Below are positions 61,477 to 64,000 of a stretch of 64,000 nt of DNA, one piece after another. Each line of letters starts with the position of its first letter. Position 1 is the first letter of the stretch. Source of the stretch: Phyllosticta citribraziliensis. Lineage: Eukaryota. The DNA lies in contig NW_027117344.1 in the NCBI RefSeq assembly GCF_038025025.1, forward strand, positions 1,054,001 to 1,118,000, written 5' to 3'. Under the pieces are notes generated by a model that had not been told where the DNA came from, ran no database searches, and saw only the letters and a program-made list of their open reading frames with translations. Position numbers and translations under genes: made by a program.

Positions 61477-63175
61477 ATGGCTGCCCTCAGACACGGCACT
61501 CTTAACGCCACTCTCTTTGGCCTCGTCAATGGCTCTACCCTGCACTTCCGCGGCATACGCTACGGATATGTTCCAGCGCGGTTTGCGCGACCATTTCCAG
61601 TGGACGATTGGCATGGGAGAGAGTTGAATTGCACTCAGTACGGGTACGTTGTGAAGTGAAATCCTGCCGCTAGACGTTCAAGACTAACGGCGACTGCAGG
61701 CCACGATGCCCTCAAGTGCACCTGGACGTCGGCCATCTATTACGTGTTCCTGAGGACATCACGTTCCCAGAGGAGCCCGAGGACGAGTTCGAATGCCTCA
61801 ATCTCGATGTTTGCGTCCCGGCTGGGGCAAGCGGTCCAATGCCTGTCATGATTTGGATTCACGGTCAGTTCCTTTTGAACCGCGCGTGCACTTTGACGCT
61901 CTTTTGACACTGGTGTAGGTGGTTCCCAGGTCGTTACCTTTGGCAGCGCAGCTTCTGGGATATGCGGCAAGTGATCCATCCATGACCCCTCTGTTGAATC
62001 TGCTGATTTGGGCGAAGATCCCGTCCACATTGTCCAAGACTCGGCAAGGCTGGGGAAGCCAATCATTTTCGTGTCGGTGCAGTACAGGCTCAACATTTTC
62101 GGGTTTGGGGACGGGACTGGCAGCAGGAACCTCGCGCTCAAGGACCAAAGGCTAGCCATCGAGTGGGTTCGAAAGCACATAGGAGGGTTCGGGGGAGACC
62201 GGGGCAACTTGACCCTGGCGGGCGAGAGTGGAGGAGCTGTCTACGTGCACGCGCACGTGGTGACGGACGCGCCTGTGAAAAGAGCAATCTTGCAATCGGG
62301 GACGCTCGGAATGTCGCCTCCGCAACCACCCTCTCGAGGCGACGCAATCATTGCCTCTTTGGGGGGCTCAGCGTTGCGAGGAGCGGCCGTCAAGGAGATT
62401 GTGGGGAATCTGGCCGTCTTGGAGGTCAACGCACTGTGGCTGCAATTAGACGACGAACTACCGCAGCTCAAAGATTGGGCGGGCAGGACAGGCAACGTGG
62501 AGGCATTTCTCATTGGGGACAACGAGTACGAGGTAAGCAAGGGTGTCGTCAGCTGCAAAGGGGGGGGGAGGGGGCTACCAGGCTAACTCGGGACAGTCGG
62601 TGTTGTGGAGGAACGGGGTCGAGGAAATGACGGCAGGAATGATACTCAGCGCGTTTAACTTGGCTGGGCATGGGAGCCGCGACCTCGGGCGCATGTATGG
62701 CATCTCGGCCAATCGCCCGACAGCGAGCAAGACGGGAGCGCTCGACTTTTGCGGCGATGTTCGGTATTCGTTTCCCATCAGGAAGCTGAGCGAGCTGTGG
62801 CTGTCGGCGGGACGGAAGGTATACTCGTACGTGTTCGACCAGGCGAACCCGTGGCAAGCATCGAGCAGAGCACACCACGGCGTGGAGCTGCTGATGCAGT
62901 TCAACGGATTGGACCTATCGTTCAACGCGGCGGCAGAAGCGGTGGGGGCCGAGATGAGGCGGCGATGGATCGCGTTTGTTCGGGGCGAGGAGCCATGGGC
63001 TGGCGAGCGTACGTTTGCATTTGGGCCGCACGGCGAGTGCAAAGAAGTGGATGCTGGGGGCTACAGGCAACGGCGGAGGGTCGGACACATGGAGTTGATG
63101 GAGGGCATGGACTGGACCAAGGTTACGGCAGCGTGCTCGGCGATAGCGGCAGGACGAGTGAGCCTGTTGAACTGA
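61477..63175 (+). CDS. Type-B carboxylesterase, 4 introns
   Basis: FRGIRYG, GPRCPQ, EDEFECLNL, PVMIWIHGG, QYRL, GESGG nucleophile, HHGVEL. Introns 61644-61699, 61864-61918, 61967-62017 (GC-AG), 62533-62596. Confidence 0.92.
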
Positions 63176-63518
63176 GGAGGGAGCCGGGTAAAGGAGAGGA
63201 GACGAGAAGAGGGGAAACGGGCGACAAGGTACAGAAGGGGTAGGGGACATGTAGGGTGGGTAGGATACAAGAAGATGGAGTTGAGCCAGGGCTTGGCAAC
63301 GGTGCGGTGCCGGTGAGGTCATGATGCGGTTCACGTGCTGGACACCTCAGGCAGCCTACGGCAGGCCGGGAAGAAGGTGAAGTCCCGGGCCCGGTCCCGG
63401 TCCCGTTGCGGTGGCAGCAGACGGGAGGCAAGAAGGTCGGGCGGCCTCGGCTGTCGCTCGCAAATAGGACCTCTTTTTATTACTGCACTGCATGGTCCTT
63501 GGGCACAATCATGGCTGG

Positions 63519-63569
63519 GAGAAGTAGAAGAAGAAGAAGGAGAAGAAGAAGGAGAAGAAGAAGGAGAAA
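63519..63569. repeat. (GAA/GGA)n purine-rich microsatellite
   Basis: Seen directly. Confidence 0.75.
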
Positions 63570-64000
63570 TTCCATGTATGACTGTGCCGGCCTTCGATGC
63601 GGTAGGTATGTCCATGTAAGCATCCAACGAGCCAAGGAATTACCAGCGCATACCTACCGACAGCCAGCCAGACGGGACAGCCATCCTAGCCAACACCCAG
63701 AAGAGAGCGACAAAGTACATTAGTAGATGTGTGCTTGTCGTGTGCGGGCACAGTAAGGTACATGTATGTAGCCAGCAGGTCGAGGTGAGTTGAGACCAAG
63801 AGTCAGGCGAAAGGTCGGCTACCGGCTTTTCCAGGTCCAAACTTTTCTAAATTGCAACCCACAACGCTACAGTACCATCCTCGTACCTTCTCTGCGCCCT
63901 CTCTCCGCTGCTCTGCCACCCACCTGCACTCTTCCTCTTCCTCTCCCTCTGTCTCTCTCCACCTCCATCCGTCCTCGTCCGCCGCTCTGCGCCATCCGCT

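Noticed and set aside
42199..63175. Secondary-metabolite cluster (laccase plus two esterases)
   Set aside because: No PKS/NRPS/terpene backbone gene, transporter or cluster regulator in the window, and the genes are interleaved with housekeeping-type loci.
63331..63840. Short ORFs downstream of the carboxylesterase
   Set aside because: Low-complexity translations of the GAA repeat with no domain evidence.

Overview
Filamentous ascomycete (Pezizomycotina) genomic DNA in two sharply separated compartments. Bases 1-41.5 kb are an extremely AT/TpA-rich block of RIP-mutated, nested LTR retrotransposons with no intact ORFs. It holds six Ty3/gypsy copies or fragments (A, B1, B2, C, C', E) and one Ty1/copia (D). 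Three insertions resolve with exact 5-bp target-site duplications (B2: GATAC, B1: AAATT, C: GTTTA). A pure-purine tract of about 450 bp closes the block. Bases 42-64 kb are GC-balanced and gene-rich: phospholipase/carboxylesterase, secreted Thr-rich protein, laccase, 2296-aa coiled-coil protein, H3K9 methyltransferase (DIM-5/Clr4 family) and a type-B carboxylesterase. Most notable: (1) the B-family gypsy elements carry a conserved antisense ORF with a Cys-rich DUF3716-like domain; (2) the DIM-5/Clr4 gene has unannotated 5' exons encoding a degenerate chromodomain, with a small RIP-like AT island directly upstream, a possible heterochromatin feedback sensor. Protein motifs in the RIP block were read by manually reversing C>T/G>A changes, so they are reconstructions, not literal translations.
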